A stretch of 63,250 nt of DNA, counting the filler. It is 6 parts of 6 records of this genome, joined end to end, with 100 filler letters (N's around TTAATTAATTAA, not from the genome) between each part and the next. Parts side by side here need not be neighbours in the genome. Positions count along the whole stretch, not along the records: positions 11,118 to 21,965 come from DRR723986_10310; positions 22,066 to 37,999 come from DRR723986_10312; 4 more parts are not named here. One strand, written 5' to 3'. Both the position numbers and the translations under genes were made by a program. The notes beneath the pieces are model-generated. The model did not search any database and had not been told where the DNA came from. It was given only the letters and a program-made list of their open reading frames with translations. Positions 19,681 to 29,102 of the stretch are shown here, piece after piece (within the stretch, counting starts at the first letter, position 1; every line of letters begins with the position of its first letter).

Positions 19681-20982
19681 ATGAACGCCAAAGTGAAATC
19701 CTCGCTCGACACGCACCAGGTCGCCGCGCCCCGGAAAACCGGGGCATCGGATTCAAAAGACACCGCCACCAAGGCCGAGACCTGGAAAGATCCCAAGCGC
19801 TACATGTGGCTGTTGGGGCCTGCGCTTCCAGGCATTGGACTTGCCGCTCTGACTGGCTATGCCCTGGCCCCGAAACGACTGAAGGCTCTGGCCTGGACCG
19901 GGCCGGCACTGGTGCACGGCATTATTCCGGCACTGGACCGGGCGATTGGTGAAGACAAGAGCAATCCTCCTGAATCGGCGGTAAAGACCCTGGAGCAGGA
20001 CAAGTATTACGACCGTATTGTGAAGGCGTTTATCCCCACCCAGTACGCCATGACCTTCATGGGCGCCTGGCTGGCCAGTCGAAAAAACACACCACTTGAG
20101 GACAAGATCGGCCTGACCCTGACCGTAGGCGCCATCAACGGGGTAGGCATCAACACCGCCCATGAACTGGGCCATAAGTCCAATAAACTGAACAAACTGA
20201 TGGCCATGGCCGCCTTGGCTCCCACCGCCTACACCCACTTTGTGGTGGAACATAATTTTGGTCATCACAAGCGGGTAGCCACACCGGAGGACCCCGCCAG
20301 CAGCCGAATGGGCGAGAGTTTCTGGAAGTTCCTGCCCCGAACCGTGTTCGGCGGCATCAAGTCGTCGGTCAAGATCGAAAAGGCTCGGCTGGAACGCAAG
20401 GGTAAGAGCTTCTGGAGTTTTGATAACGAACTGCTACAGGGTTGGGCCATGACGGCCGGGTTCTTTGGCGCCACGACGCTGGTCTGTGGCCCAAGGGCGG
20501 TGCCGTTCCTGGCAGCGCAGGCGGTTTATGGCGCGAGTCTGTTGGAGAGTGTGAATTACATCGAGCACTATGGTCTGTTGCGGCAGAAGGACAAGAATGG
20601 CAAGTATGAGCGCACGAAGCCGGAACACAGCTGGAACAGCAATCACATTGTGACCAACCTGTTCCTGTATCAGTTGCAACGGCATTCTGACCACCACGCC
20701 CATCCGACCCGGAGCTTCCAGGCCTTGCGCCATTTTGAGAAGGCGCCCCAGTTGCCGGGAGGGTACGCATCGATGTTGTTGCCGGCCTACCTGCCCCAGT
20801 GGTGGTACGAGACGATGGATAAGCGGGTGATTGACCACTATGAAGGGGATCTGTCGAAGATCAACTGGGATCCTGATCGCAAGGAGGAGTTGATGGCCAA
20901 GTATGCGGACTATGCTGCGAAAGTGGCAGCGGAGGCTGCGGCTCGGCGGGCAGGCTCTTCTTCTGAGTCTGAGGCTGCCTGA
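19681..20982 (+). CDS. alkB: Alkane 1-monooxygenase
   Basis: His boxes HELGHK, EHNFGHH, NYIEHYG and LQRHSDHHA; GGAG RBS before ATG 19681. Confidence 0.95.
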   Translation: MNAKVKSSLDTHQVAAPRKTGASDSKDTATKAETWKDPKRYMWLLGPALPGIGLAALTGYALAPKRLKALAWTGPALVHGIIPALDRAIGEDKSNPPESAVKTLEQDKYYDRIVKAFIPTQYAMTFMGAWLASRKNTPLEDKIGLTLTVGAINGVGINTAHELGHKSNKLNKLMAMAALAPTAYTHFVVEHNFGHHKRVATPEDPASSRMGESFWKFLPRTVFGGIKSSVKIEKARLERKGKSFWSFDNELLQGWAMTAGFFGATTLVCGPRAVPFLAAQAVYGASLLESVNYIEHYGLLRQKDKNGKYERTKPEHSWNSNHIVTNLFLYQLQRHSDHHAHPTRSFQALRHFEKAPQLPGGYASMLLPAYLPQWWYETMDKRVIDHYEGDLSKINWDPDRKEELMAKYADYAAKVAAEAAARRAGSSSESEAA

Positions 20983-21000
20983 TTTCATGGTTTGATTGCC

Positions 21001-21042
21001 GGCCCCAGCCTGTTGGTTGGGCGCCGGCTGCGGGTTGGGGCC
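21001..21042. terminator. Hairpin between convergent alkB and crotonase genes
   Basis: GGCCCCAGCC...GGTTGGGGCC inverted repeat. Confidence 0.5.
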
Positions 21043-21048
21043 ATCCTG

Positions 21049-21828
21049 CTACTTGCCTTTGAACACCGCCTCTCTTCTCTCCAGGAATGACTGGATTCCT
21101 TCTTTGACATCTTCGCTGGCCATGACCGGGCGTAGTTCCGGGAACAGGCGTTCCTTGGCCGCTTCCTGGCCTTCGGACACGGCAATCTTGGACGATTTCA
21201 GGCTGCCCTGAACGCCCAGAGGTGCGGCTTTGGCAATCTTTTCGGCGATTTCCATGGCTTTGTTGAATTGTTCGCCGGGTTCCACCAGTTCCTGGATCAG
21301 GCCCCACTGGTAAGCCTGTTCGGCGGTCCATTCGTCGCCGGTGAGCAGGTAACGCTGGGCATTGCCCCAACCGATTTCGCGCTGTAGACGAATGGTGGCG
21401 CCACCGCAGGCGAAGATGCCGCGTTTCACTTCCAGCTGAGCAAAGCGGGTGCCTTTCGCGGCCACGCGGATGTCGGTGTTGAGCATCATTTCGACGCCAC
21501 AGGTGAAGCAGATGCCCTGGGCGGCGAATACCACGGGTTTGGTGAGGCTATCGCCGGTAATGTCAAAGGGGTCGAGTTCGCCTTCGCCGGGTTCAATGCC
21601 TTTACCGTTGGCGAACACGCCAGCCCAGTCATCCAGTTGCAGGCCGCTGGTGAAGTGGTCACCTTTAGCGTACATCATTGCCACGCGCAGCTCCGGATCG
21701 TTCTGGAGCTGGTAATAGGCGGCAGCGATTTCGTGGTACATGGCCCGGTTCATGGCGTTCATTTTTTCCGGGCGGTTCAGTCCGATCAGCAAAACATGAT
21801 TTTTCTTATCAACATTTACCAGAGCCAT
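21049..21828 (-). CDS. Enoyl-CoA hydratase/crotonase family protein
   Basis: LNRPEKMNA, HFTSGLQL, FAQLEVKRGI and EGIQSFLERR motifs. Confidence 0.93.
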   Translation of the reverse strand: MALVNVDKKNHVLLIGLNRPEKMNAMNRAMYHEIAAAYYQLQNDPELRVAMMYAKGDHFTSGLQLDDWAGVFANGKGIEPGEGELDPFDITGDSLTKPVVFAAQGICFTCGVEMMLNTDIRVAAKGTRFAQLEVKRGIFACGGATIRLQREIGWGNAQRYLLTGDEWTAEQAYQWGLIQELVEPGEQFNKAMEIAEKIAKAAPLGVQGSLKSSKIAVSEGQEAAKERLFPELRPVMASEDVKEGIQSFLERREAVFKGK

Positions 21829-21890
21829 TGCGCTTTCCTTTCATGTTTTCTTGTCAACAGGCTATGCCCATGTGCGGGCGCGAACGGCTG

Positions 21891-21965
21891 GGAGTCCTTT
21901 CAGGGAACGTCTGTGGCCATGGATGGCCACAGTCGAGCGCACATGGATGTGCTTGTAGCGTGTCC
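21891..21965. repeat. REP-like dispersed palindromic element, truncated at contig end
   Basis: Hairpin CTGTGGCCAT-gg-ATGGCCACAG (21911-21932) plus GCACAT-gg-ATGTGC; the contig breaks inside it. Confidence 0.65.
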
Positions 21966-22065
21966 NNNNNNNNNNNNNNNNNNNNNNNNNNNNNNNNNNN
22001 NNNNNNNNNTTAATTAATTAANNNNNNNNNNNNNNNNNNNNNNNNNNNNNNNNNNNNNNNNNNNN
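21966..22065. other. Artificial contig junction
   Basis: N spacer with TTAATTAATTAA. Confidence 0.98.
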
Positions 22066-22095
22066 GTGGAGGTTCGAGTCCTCTCCTGGGCACCA
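22066..22095 (+). tRNA. tRNA 3' fragment, probably tRNA-Leu
   Basis: GTGGAGGTTCGAGTCCTCTCCTGGGCACCA: T-arm, acceptor stem, encoded CCA. Confidence 0.8.
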
Positions 22096-22096
22096 T

Positions 22097-22135
22097 AAAA
22101 AACCGCCTACAGCCCCGCGCTGAGGCGGTTTTTTT
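22097..22135 (+). terminator. Intrinsic terminator after tRNA
   Basis: AAAAAACCGCCT...AGGCGGTTTTTTT. Confidence 0.85.
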
Positions 22136-22249
22136 GTGTTTACCCGCCTGTCGGCAGTGCTGCGCTGCGGGCTTAAGGCTTGACCGCGTGGCAAGATCGG
22201 TTGAAACACAACGGCAGAGTGTCTTAAACTGCACTGCCCGGGATTTGAA

Positions 22250-23095
22250 ATGATCAAAAGCGTTCTGAAATTGCCAAAAAGCCTGTCTCGCCGGTATCGT
22301 ATGGCGCGGCTGATCGAGGGGTTTGATCGCAAAGCCGATCGCCTGGCCAGCCCACAGGCCAGCGGTATGCCTGGCGGCATGCATAAATCGACAATCGACG
22401 AAGTTTTGGAAAGCCCCGGCCTGGCCGAGCGCATGAAGAATTCGGAATTGCGGCAACTGCCAGCTGACGGCAAGCGCGCCTATTTTTCGTGGGATTTACC
22501 GGGCTTTTTGTGGAATGCCCTGTTGGGCAGTGACACCTTGCATAAAATGGTGACCAATTATTTGGGCCCCGACGCGCGCATTGACGATCTGTATGTAAAA
22601 ACCGTGTTGGATGGCTACGATTCAACTTCGGAAGGCTGGCACGACGATAACGTTGGCTACCGTATCAAAGTCTTTATGGTATTCGATACCGAAGGCCACC
22701 CATCGGGCACCGTTGTGGTGCCGACAGACCGCCCAAATATCTATCAGGTGCGTCTGGCAGATGAATTGGCGCGGATGGTGAAAAAACCAAAGATGGATAG
22801 CCGCCCCAACCAACAGCTGGTCAGCTATAACGCGGGCGATTGCCTGACATTCGATACCAATATTCCCCATCGTGGTGATTACAGTGCCGGCCAAGGCATT
22901 CGGTATTGCGTGATTGCCGAATTTATCGACCGCAACAAAGCCGATGCTTTGCGCGGCCGCGCCCCCTGTGGCCCGGGCCAGGGGCGCCATAAAATCTCTA
23001 TTCCGGCAGACACTGGCATAGATTTGCAAAACCATCCTTTGATTGACCCAAAGCTATTGCAGATGGATGGCAGTGCCGCGCATTACGGATATTAA
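22250..23095 (+). CDS. Fe(II)/2-oxoglutarate dioxygenase, PhyH-like
   Basis: WHDD (HxD), GDCLTFDTNIPHRG (distal His) and a downstream Arg. Confidence 0.7.
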   Translation: MIKSVLKLPKSLSRRYRMARLIEGFDRKADRLASPQASGMPGGMHKSTIDEVLESPGLAERMKNSELRQLPADGKRAYFSWDLPGFLWNALLGSDTLHKMVTNYLGPDARIDDLYVKTVLDGYDSTSEGWHDDNVGYRIKVFMVFDTEGHPSGTVVVPTDRPNIYQVRLADELARMVKKPKMDSRPNQQLVSYNAGDCLTFDTNIPHRGDYSAGQGIRYCVIAEFIDRNKADALRGRAPCGPGQGRHKISIPADTGIDLQNHPLIDPKLLQMDGSAAHYGY

Positions 23096-23168
23096 GCGCG
23101 TTGCCCAAAAAGCTGTTGTTTGGTCAGCGCGTTAAAATATTGGCCCTGCGCCAAAATGGCAGCATAAA

Positions 23169-24167
23169 ATGAAAAGTATTCTGATAAATTACGAATTCGG
23201 GATCAGCGTTACAGCTGGGTTTGATGCTATTTGCAGCACTGACCAACGAAATTTGTGGTGTGCCTTATTGGTGCAGGCAATCAAAGATGAATTGGGAATG
23301 CAGCCGCTGTTCCCGCAAGATGTGACTGCAGAAAACATTTCCAGTATTGTGTGTGAAATTCATATTAACGCACGCAAGCCCATTTCTAGCGCCCCATTGA
23401 TTGGCCTTTTCATGGAAACACCCGCGGTTGTGCCGCAGAATAACGCCGAAAGTGCCCAGGCTTATGAACGGGTCATTTCTTTTGACCACGCGCTACGGCA
23501 CCTTCCAAACTTCATCGAGGCAAACCTACCTTGCTGGAGCCCTACGTTTGAATTGCACGAAAACACAGCGCGCAGCGGTTATGCAATGATCGCCGGGAAC
23601 AAGCGGCTGGATCAAAGCAAGGTGCAAAAAGACTTGTATGCTGAAAGGCGACGCATCATAAAATGGTTTGCAAAAAGCAGGCGGAGCGATTTTTACCTGT
23701 ATGGAAAAGGTTGGAATGTGCCGCCACAGTTTCTTGACATTAATCCAGTGTCAAAGTTCATTTTGAGGAAAAAATTATATCGAGGCCCAAAATTTTACTA
23801 TGGGGTTTCACAAGATAAATACAGTGATTTATCTTCTAGAAAGTTTAATCTTTGCTTCGAAAACTGCTTATATCCTGGATATGTTAGCGAAAAATTTTTT
23901 GACGCGATTATTTCTGGCTGCATTCCAGTTTACTGGGGGGATGGCGCGGGTGCGCTTGGGGAATGTAAAGACGCATATATAGATGCAGGTGAGTTTCCGA
24001 ATATCAACGCATTGATCGAGTTTTGTGACCGCATGCCTCAGCAAGCAGTTGTTGAGATGAAGGAAAAAGGTTTGAAGTTCCTTAAGGGGCTTGGCAAAAA
24101 CTTCACTCATGAAGCCTACTGCAGCGTTATTGCTAACACAATCCGCGACTTGGTTGTTAACCGTTAA
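23169..24167 (+). CDS. GT10 alpha-1,3/4-fucosyltransferase-like
   Basis: KFNLCFENCLYPGYVSEKFFDAIISGCIPVYWG motif. Confidence 0.85.
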   Translation: MKSILINYEFGISVTAGFDAICSTDQRNLWCALLVQAIKDELGMQPLFPQDVTAENISSIVCEIHINARKPISSAPLIGLFMETPAVVPQNNAESAQAYERVISFDHALRHLPNFIEANLPCWSPTFELHENTARSGYAMIAGNKRLDQSKVQKDLYAERRRIIKWFAKSRRSDFYLYGKGWNVPPQFLDINPVSKFILRKKLYRGPKFYYGVSQDKYSDLSSRKFNLCFENCLYPGYVSEKFFDAIISGCIPVYWGDGAGALGECKDAYIDAGEFPNINALIEFCDRMPQQAVVEMKEKGLKFLKGLGKNFTHEAYCSVIANTIRDLVVNR

Positions 24168-24197
24168 CATGAGACTTATTGATAAAGGTGGTTCAAA

Positions 24198-24848
24198 GTG
24201 GAATACGCAATAATAAATAAATTTTCCACGTGGCGTAAGCAGATTAAAAAGAAAAGCCTGCACAAGAGTTGGAAATCGGTTAAGGGCGATACAACCCTTA
24301 GATTAGACTACCCTTTGAATGACCGCTCGATAGTTTTTGACGTCGGCGGTTATAAAGGTGATTTTGCCGCCGCTATCCATGAAAAATATGGATCTACAGT
24401 TTACGTTTTTGAACCACATCCAATTTTTTATGCGGAGCTATGCGAGCGGTTTTCTGGAAATGAATCTATTATCCCCTGCAAGTACGGTTTGTCTGGCAGT
24501 GATGGATCTTTCACATTGAGTGATGACGCCGATGCGTCTTCATTTTTGCAATCCAATTCGGGGCATATCTGTGATGTAAAGTCATTCCAGTCAGCGATTG
24601 ATGAACTTTCAGTGGAAAAAGTCGACTTAATGAAAGTGAACATTGAGGGTGAAGAGTACGACTTGCTAAGTTCAATGATAAAAAACCATCAGCACAAAAT
24701 TGTAGAACACTTACAGGTGCAGTTTCACGATTTCTTTCCCGATAGCGCCGCCCGCAGGCAGCTGTTGACTAGTGCGTTAAGTGAAACTCACATAAGAAAA
24801 TGGTGTTATGAGTTTATATGGGAGAGTTGGTCGAAAAAGCTGTCTTAG
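24198..24848 (+). CDS. FkbM-family methyltransferase
   Basis: VFDVGGYKG, FEP, MKVNIEGEEY and QVQFH motifs. Confidence 0.88.
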   Translation: MEYAIINKFSTWRKQIKKKSLHKSWKSVKGDTTLRLDYPLNDRSIVFDVGGYKGDFAAAIHEKYGSTVYVFEPHPIFYAELCERFSGNESIIPCKYGLSGSDGSFTLSDDADASSFLQSNSGHICDVKSFQSAIDELSVEKVDLMKVNIEGEEYDLLSSMIKNHQHKIVEHLQVQFHDFFPDSAARRQLLTSALSETHIRKWCYEFIWESWSKKLS

Positions 24849-25552
24849 ACTTTATATGAAATTTCCTGCATCTCGATGTCAGAATAAGAGTCAAGTTGTC
24901 TTACGCATCTGTTATTCGAAATTGCAAAAAATATTTTCTCCTGTTTCTGTTTCCATGTGACATCGATTGCAAATTGTTTTCTAGAGTGACCAGTTTCAAG
25001 TTTATTCACAGATAGACTGGCTGCATCGATCAGTTCAAACAAAGCATGCTCTTTAATCAAATAACAGGACGTGGTCTGAGTATTTGAAGTTATTGAAAAT
25101 GCATTTGAAATAATTACCCCATTTCTAGCATTATATCCAAGGCAAAGCACATCCAACCGCGTATCGTTGTAAAACTGATCAACCAAGTCGTCTATCTCAG
25201 AGCGCTCTAATAAAAACTGACAATCATCCTCGCAAATCATCAACAGGCGTTGCGGGTTTGCTTCCCACGTGCGTAGAATATTTAGGTGTGACTGCGCGCA
25301 GCCCAAGGCGCCGTTTTCATCTTTGATGGCGGCAAAGCGGGTATAGTTGTTTACACCTATTTTCGCAAATTCGCCTTCGATATGGGTGCGACGATCGGTG
25401 CGATGGTCGAGGTTTATGTAAAATATATCGCAGCGTTCCAGCCCAATAGGTTCCGCCACACAGGTGGGTTGTGCCACGCGCGACGCGCGAAACCAGCGCC
25501 ATCTTAGCACCAGATTTTGCCACTTTCGCCGTATTTTTTTTCTTAGGCTCAT
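24845..25552 (-). CDS. GT25 glycosyltransferase
   Basis: YINLDHRTDRR, GCAQSH and ICEDD motifs. Confidence 0.85.
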   Translation of the reverse strand: MSLRKKIRRKWQNLVLRWRWFRASRVAQPTCVAEPIGLERCDIFYINLDHRTDRRTHIEGEFAKIGVNNYTRFAAIKDENGALGCAQSHLNILRTWEANPQRLLMICEDDCQFLLERSEIDDLVDQFYNDTRLDVLCLGYNARNGVIISNAFSITSNTQTTSCYLIKEHALFELIDAASLSVNKLETGHSRKQFAIDVTWKQKQEKIFFAISNNRCVRQLDSYSDIEMQEISYKV

Positions 25553-25569
25553 TGTTAGATATACCCGGC

Positions 25570-26454
25570 TTAGATTCGCTGCCAATTCGGCTGGTAGATA
25601 TCGCAAACAGCCTCGCTGCTACCTGCGAACCAAACTTTGGGGGCGATAACAATTTGCGTAGCATGCTGGCCCAGCCAGGCGCCCCACCAGCTAAAGCTGG
25701 AATTTGCAATGATGTGATGTTTGCATTGCGCCATCAGTTCCATGTCACGAAAACTGTCTGCGCCGGTATTTATATCGATAACTTTGAATTGGCTTTCGTT
25801 GGGATACTGCGATTTGGCCAATACGGGGTCGTCTGAAAAAATATAAAATGTCGGGTTATCTAGACGCTCTTTCATGATTTCAATGGCCTGGTCGTAATAG
25901 GGCCAATCGCAGATGCCGTGAAACTTTAGCGCTTTGGGGTTTGAGACATAATCGCCCCGCCGAATATGGATGCTGACAGAATTTGCAGCCTGAATGCTTT
26001 GCGTAAACGCTTTGTTTTGTGCGTTAGCTGGTGTGCGAAACGTAAACGCGCTGCGCACCTCTTCTGCAGCGTTGGCAAAATACTGGGCCGATTGCCAATA
26101 CCCTGCCAGGTAGCATGGGCCAGAAAGGGTGTTGAAACCGGGCCAGAAATTATGGGTATTTTGCCGAATAAGGCGCGTGCCCCGTTGCATTTGCCAATTC
26201 GGGTCGATTTCCAAGCTACCTTTCGTGCCTTTTTTCAGGTTTAGGCGCAGGGTTTTTAGCAGCTCCCATTCGCTGGCTTGCTGAAATTTGCCAGAAAAAA
26301 TTTCGGGTAATTGGTAGCCTTGATGGCGGTTATAGCGGCGCAGCGCTGTTGTATCCACGCGCAGCGGGTGGCTGGTGCGCCGTGCCAGCGCTAAGCCTGC
26401 CGCATATTGAAACATCTGGTTTCCCAAGCCGCCAATAAGTTTTGTGATAATCAT
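25570..26454 (-). CDS. GT11 alpha-1,2-fucosyltransferase-like
   Basis: GGLGNQMFQY, HIRRGDY and IIANSSFSWW motifs; start moved to MIITKL. Confidence 0.92.
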   Translation of the reverse strand: MIITKLIGGLGNQMFQYAAGLALARRTSHPLRVDTTALRRYNRHQGYQLPEIFSGKFQQASEWELLKTLRLNLKKGTKGSLEIDPNWQMQRGTRLIRQNTHNFWPGFNTLSGPCYLAGYWQSAQYFANAAEEVRSAFTFRTPANAQNKAFTQSIQAANSVSIHIRRGDYVSNPKALKFHGICDWPYYDQAIEIMKERLDNPTFYIFSDDPVLAKSQYPNESQFKVIDINTGADSFRDMELMAQCKHHIIANSSFSWWGAWLGQHATQIVIAPKVWFAGSSEAVCDIYQPNWQRI

Positions 26455-26618
26455 GGGCGTTTCTGCGGCTTTGGGCATGGGCCCGTTTCGGTTTGGCGCA
26501 ATATCGCCCAAAGACAGGTGGTAGTGCCAGCGAAAAATGTCGCTATGGCTGTCCTTGCTTTGGGCCTTTGCGGTGGATAGGGTGCTGCTGGCATAAGCAA
26601 GGGTAAGGGTCGCGGCGC

Positions 26619-27362
26619 GTGGACAAGCCAGATTTACAAGTTGGTATGGTGGCTGTGCGCCGGGCCGACCTGTTAGGCAAGACATTGGAAAGTTTTTCAA
26701 AAAATCTGTTTTGCAATTTCAATGTTACCGCCTGTTATATCAACATCGACCCAATGTTTGGCGATGAGCAGGCCCATGATCAGGCCGTGGCCTGCGCCCG
26801 GCATTTCTTTCCCAAAGCCGTTATTCGGGCACCGGAAACGCCCAGTTTCGGGGCGGCGGTTAAATGGGTTTGGTCCCAGTTTTCACCCGGCTTGGCGCTG
26901 CATCTTGAAGATGATTGGGAACTGACCCAGCCCATTTATCCGCAAGATGTATTGCCAAAATTGCAGCCGGGTTATGGCGCTGTTTCGCTGTGCGGCAACC
27001 ACCCGAAATGGCACAAGCGGCGCCCCTATCTGTGGGTAGGCCAACGGCGCCGTGGGCTGATTCCGATTGGCACGCGCAAAATACCCGCCATGGGCACCAG
27101 CCCTAAATTTATTGATGGCGCGCTGGCGCATCGCTTGGCACAGATGATGGACCCGGATCTTGACCCTGAAAAGCAGATGTTGCCTTGGATCAACCCTGCG
27201 TTTTCTGAAATTATTGCCGATAATAAATGCGCCTTTCTCGATAAATCGGGCACCCGCCAATATGGTGTGATGGTGGAATTGGGCCGCGCGTGGCGCGAGG
27301 CGCGGCATATAGAAAAAACAGTGGTTGATGGCAAAAGCATTTGGGTTGTGACGCCGAAATAA
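26619..27362 (+). CDS. Putative GT-A fold glycosyltransferase
   Basis: RRADLLGKTLESF and HLEDDW (DxD-like). Confidence 0.6.
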   Translation: MDKPDLQVGMVAVRRADLLGKTLESFSKNLFCNFNVTACYINIDPMFGDEQAHDQAVACARHFFPKAVIRAPETPSFGAAVKWVWSQFSPGLALHLEDDWELTQPIYPQDVLPKLQPGYGAVSLCGNHPKWHKRRPYLWVGQRRRGLIPIGTRKIPAMGTSPKFIDGALAHRLAQMMDPDLDPEKQMLPWINPAFSEIIADNKCAFLDKSGTRQYGVMVELGRAWREARHIEKTVVDGKSIWVVTPK

Positions 27363-27468
27363 GCGCTGCATTGGCCCCTGTTGGTGACGCCCCGTCATAT
27401 TTCTGCGCTTTGCTTTACAGCGGGCCGCCGTGCCCCCTATCCTTTGATCAGAAAAAGGGGGGGTTGGC

Positions 27469-29010
27469 ATGAATGGTGCGGAAAGTCTGGTTCATACATT
27501 GGTGAATTGCGGGGTGGATACGTGTTTTGCCAACCCGGGCACCAGTGAAATGCATTTCGTGGCGGCGCTTGATCGTATTGCTGGCGTGAAATGCGTATTG
27601 GGGCTGCAGGAAAATGTCGTAACCGGCATGGCCGATGGCTATTTTCGCATGGAGCGCAAACCGGCTGCCACCTTGCTGCATTGTGGGCCGGGCTTGGCCA
27701 ATGGCATGGCCAATTTGCATAATGCCCGGCGTGCGCGCAGTGCGGTGGTGAATGTGGTGGGCGATCAGGCCACCTATCACCGGCCCCATGATGCCCCGCT
27801 GACCGCCGATACCGAAGGCATGGCGCGCACGGTGTCAGATTGGGTGCGCACCACGACGGCTGCCGCAGATGTGGGGCGCGATGTGGCGCAGGCGGTGCAG
27901 GCCGCCATGACGCATCCGGGCCAGATTGCTACGCTGGTTTTGCCCTCGGATGCCAGCTGGAACGCGGGCGGTGTGGCCGCACAGCCCTTGCCCAGCCCGG
28001 CCGTGCAACCGGTGGATCAGGCGCGCATTGCCCAGGCGGCGCAGCTGTTGCGCAGCGGTGAAAAGGTGCTGTTGCTGTTGGCGGGCGGGGCTGTCTGGGC
28101 CGAGGGCCAAGCGCTGGCATGGGCCATCGCGCAGCACAGCGGCGCCGATCTGATGGCCGATTACATGGCGTCGCATCTGCACCGTGGTCAAGGGCGGTTG
28201 CCCCTGGCGCGTGTGCCCTATGCCACTGAAAAAGCGTGTCAGGCGCTGGCCCCGTATCAGCATATTATCTTGGTGAATGCCAAGCCGCCCGTGGGCTTTT
28301 TTGCCTATCCCGATAAGCCCTCGGTGCAGCATGCGCCTGGTGCCAACCTGTTTACACTATCGCGCCCCGATCAAGATGCCCTTGCCACGCTGCAGGCCTT
28401 GGTGGCCGAATTGGGCGCCCCCATGGCGCCGATGCCGGCGGTGGGCCCGCGCCCCGGGCGCCCCAGTGGCGCTATCTCGCCCGAGGGTTTGGCCCAGGCG
28501 GTGGCGGCCTTGATGCCCGAGGGGGCCATTATCAGCGATGAAAGCGTGTCTTTTGGCCGCGGGTTTTACCCCCATACCTACGCCGCACCGGCCCATGATT
28601 GGTTGCATCTGGCGGGTGGCGCTATTGGCGAGGGGCTGCCCATGGCCACGGGTGCGGCACTGGGCACAGGCGGTGGGCGGCGGGTGATCAGCCTGCAGGC
28701 CGATGGCTCGGCCATGTATTCGCTGCAGGCCCTATGGACCCAAGCCCGCGAGAATTTGCCCTGCACCACCATCATTTTATCCAACCGCAAATATAACATC
28801 CTGATCGGCGAATATGGCAATGTGGGCGCCAACCCGGGCCCTACGGCCATGGCGATGCTGGATCTGGGCAACCCCGATCTGAACTGGCTGCAGCTGGCCA
28901 ATGGCATGGGGGTCGAGGCGGCGCGCGCTGAAACGCTGGATCAGCTCTGCGATCTGATGGCCCATAGCTTTGCCCATTCCGGGCCGTTTTTGATCGAGCT
29001 TTGCATCTAG
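27469..29010 (+). CDS. ThDP-dependent enzyme (acetolactate synthase large subunit-like / decarboxylase)
   Basis: FANPGTSEMH, TGMADGY and QADGSAMY...SNRKY ThDP motif. Confidence 0.92.
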   Translation: MNGAESLVHTLVNCGVDTCFANPGTSEMHFVAALDRIAGVKCVLGLQENVVTGMADGYFRMERKPAATLLHCGPGLANGMANLHNARRARSAVVNVVGDQATYHRPHDAPLTADTEGMARTVSDWVRTTTAAADVGRDVAQAVQAAMTHPGQIATLVLPSDASWNAGGVAAQPLPSPAVQPVDQARIAQAAQLLRSGEKVLLLLAGGAVWAEGQALAWAIAQHSGADLMADYMASHLHRGQGRLPLARVPYATEKACQALAPYQHIILVNAKPPVGFFAYPDKPSVQHAPGANLFTLSRPDQDALATLQALVAELGAPMAPMPAVGPRPGRPSGAISPEGLAQAVAALMPEGAIISDESVSFGRGFYPHTYAAPAHDWLHLAGGAIGEGLPMATGAALGTGGGRRVISLQADGSAMYSLQALWTQARENLPCTTIILSNRKYNILIGEYGNVGANPGPTAMAMLDLGNPDLNWLQLANGMGVEAARAETLDQLCDLMAHSFAHSGPFLIELCI

Positions 29011-29043
29011 GCGTGGTTGCGCAGCGCGGTTGCGCATTGAATG

Positions 29044-29076
29044 AAAAAGGCCCGGGCATTGTGCGCCGGGCCTTTT
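29044..29076. terminator. Bidirectional terminator
   Basis: AAAAAGGCCCGG...CCGGGCCTTTT between convergent genes. Confidence 0.8.
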
Positions 29077-29102
29077 GGCGTTGCTGTCATGCTGTTGGCC
29101 GC

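Noticed and set aside
25534-25541. A8 tract near the GT25 start as a phase-variation site
   Set aside because: Short, encodes Arg-Lys-Lys-Ile in AT-rich DNA, and the frame is intact
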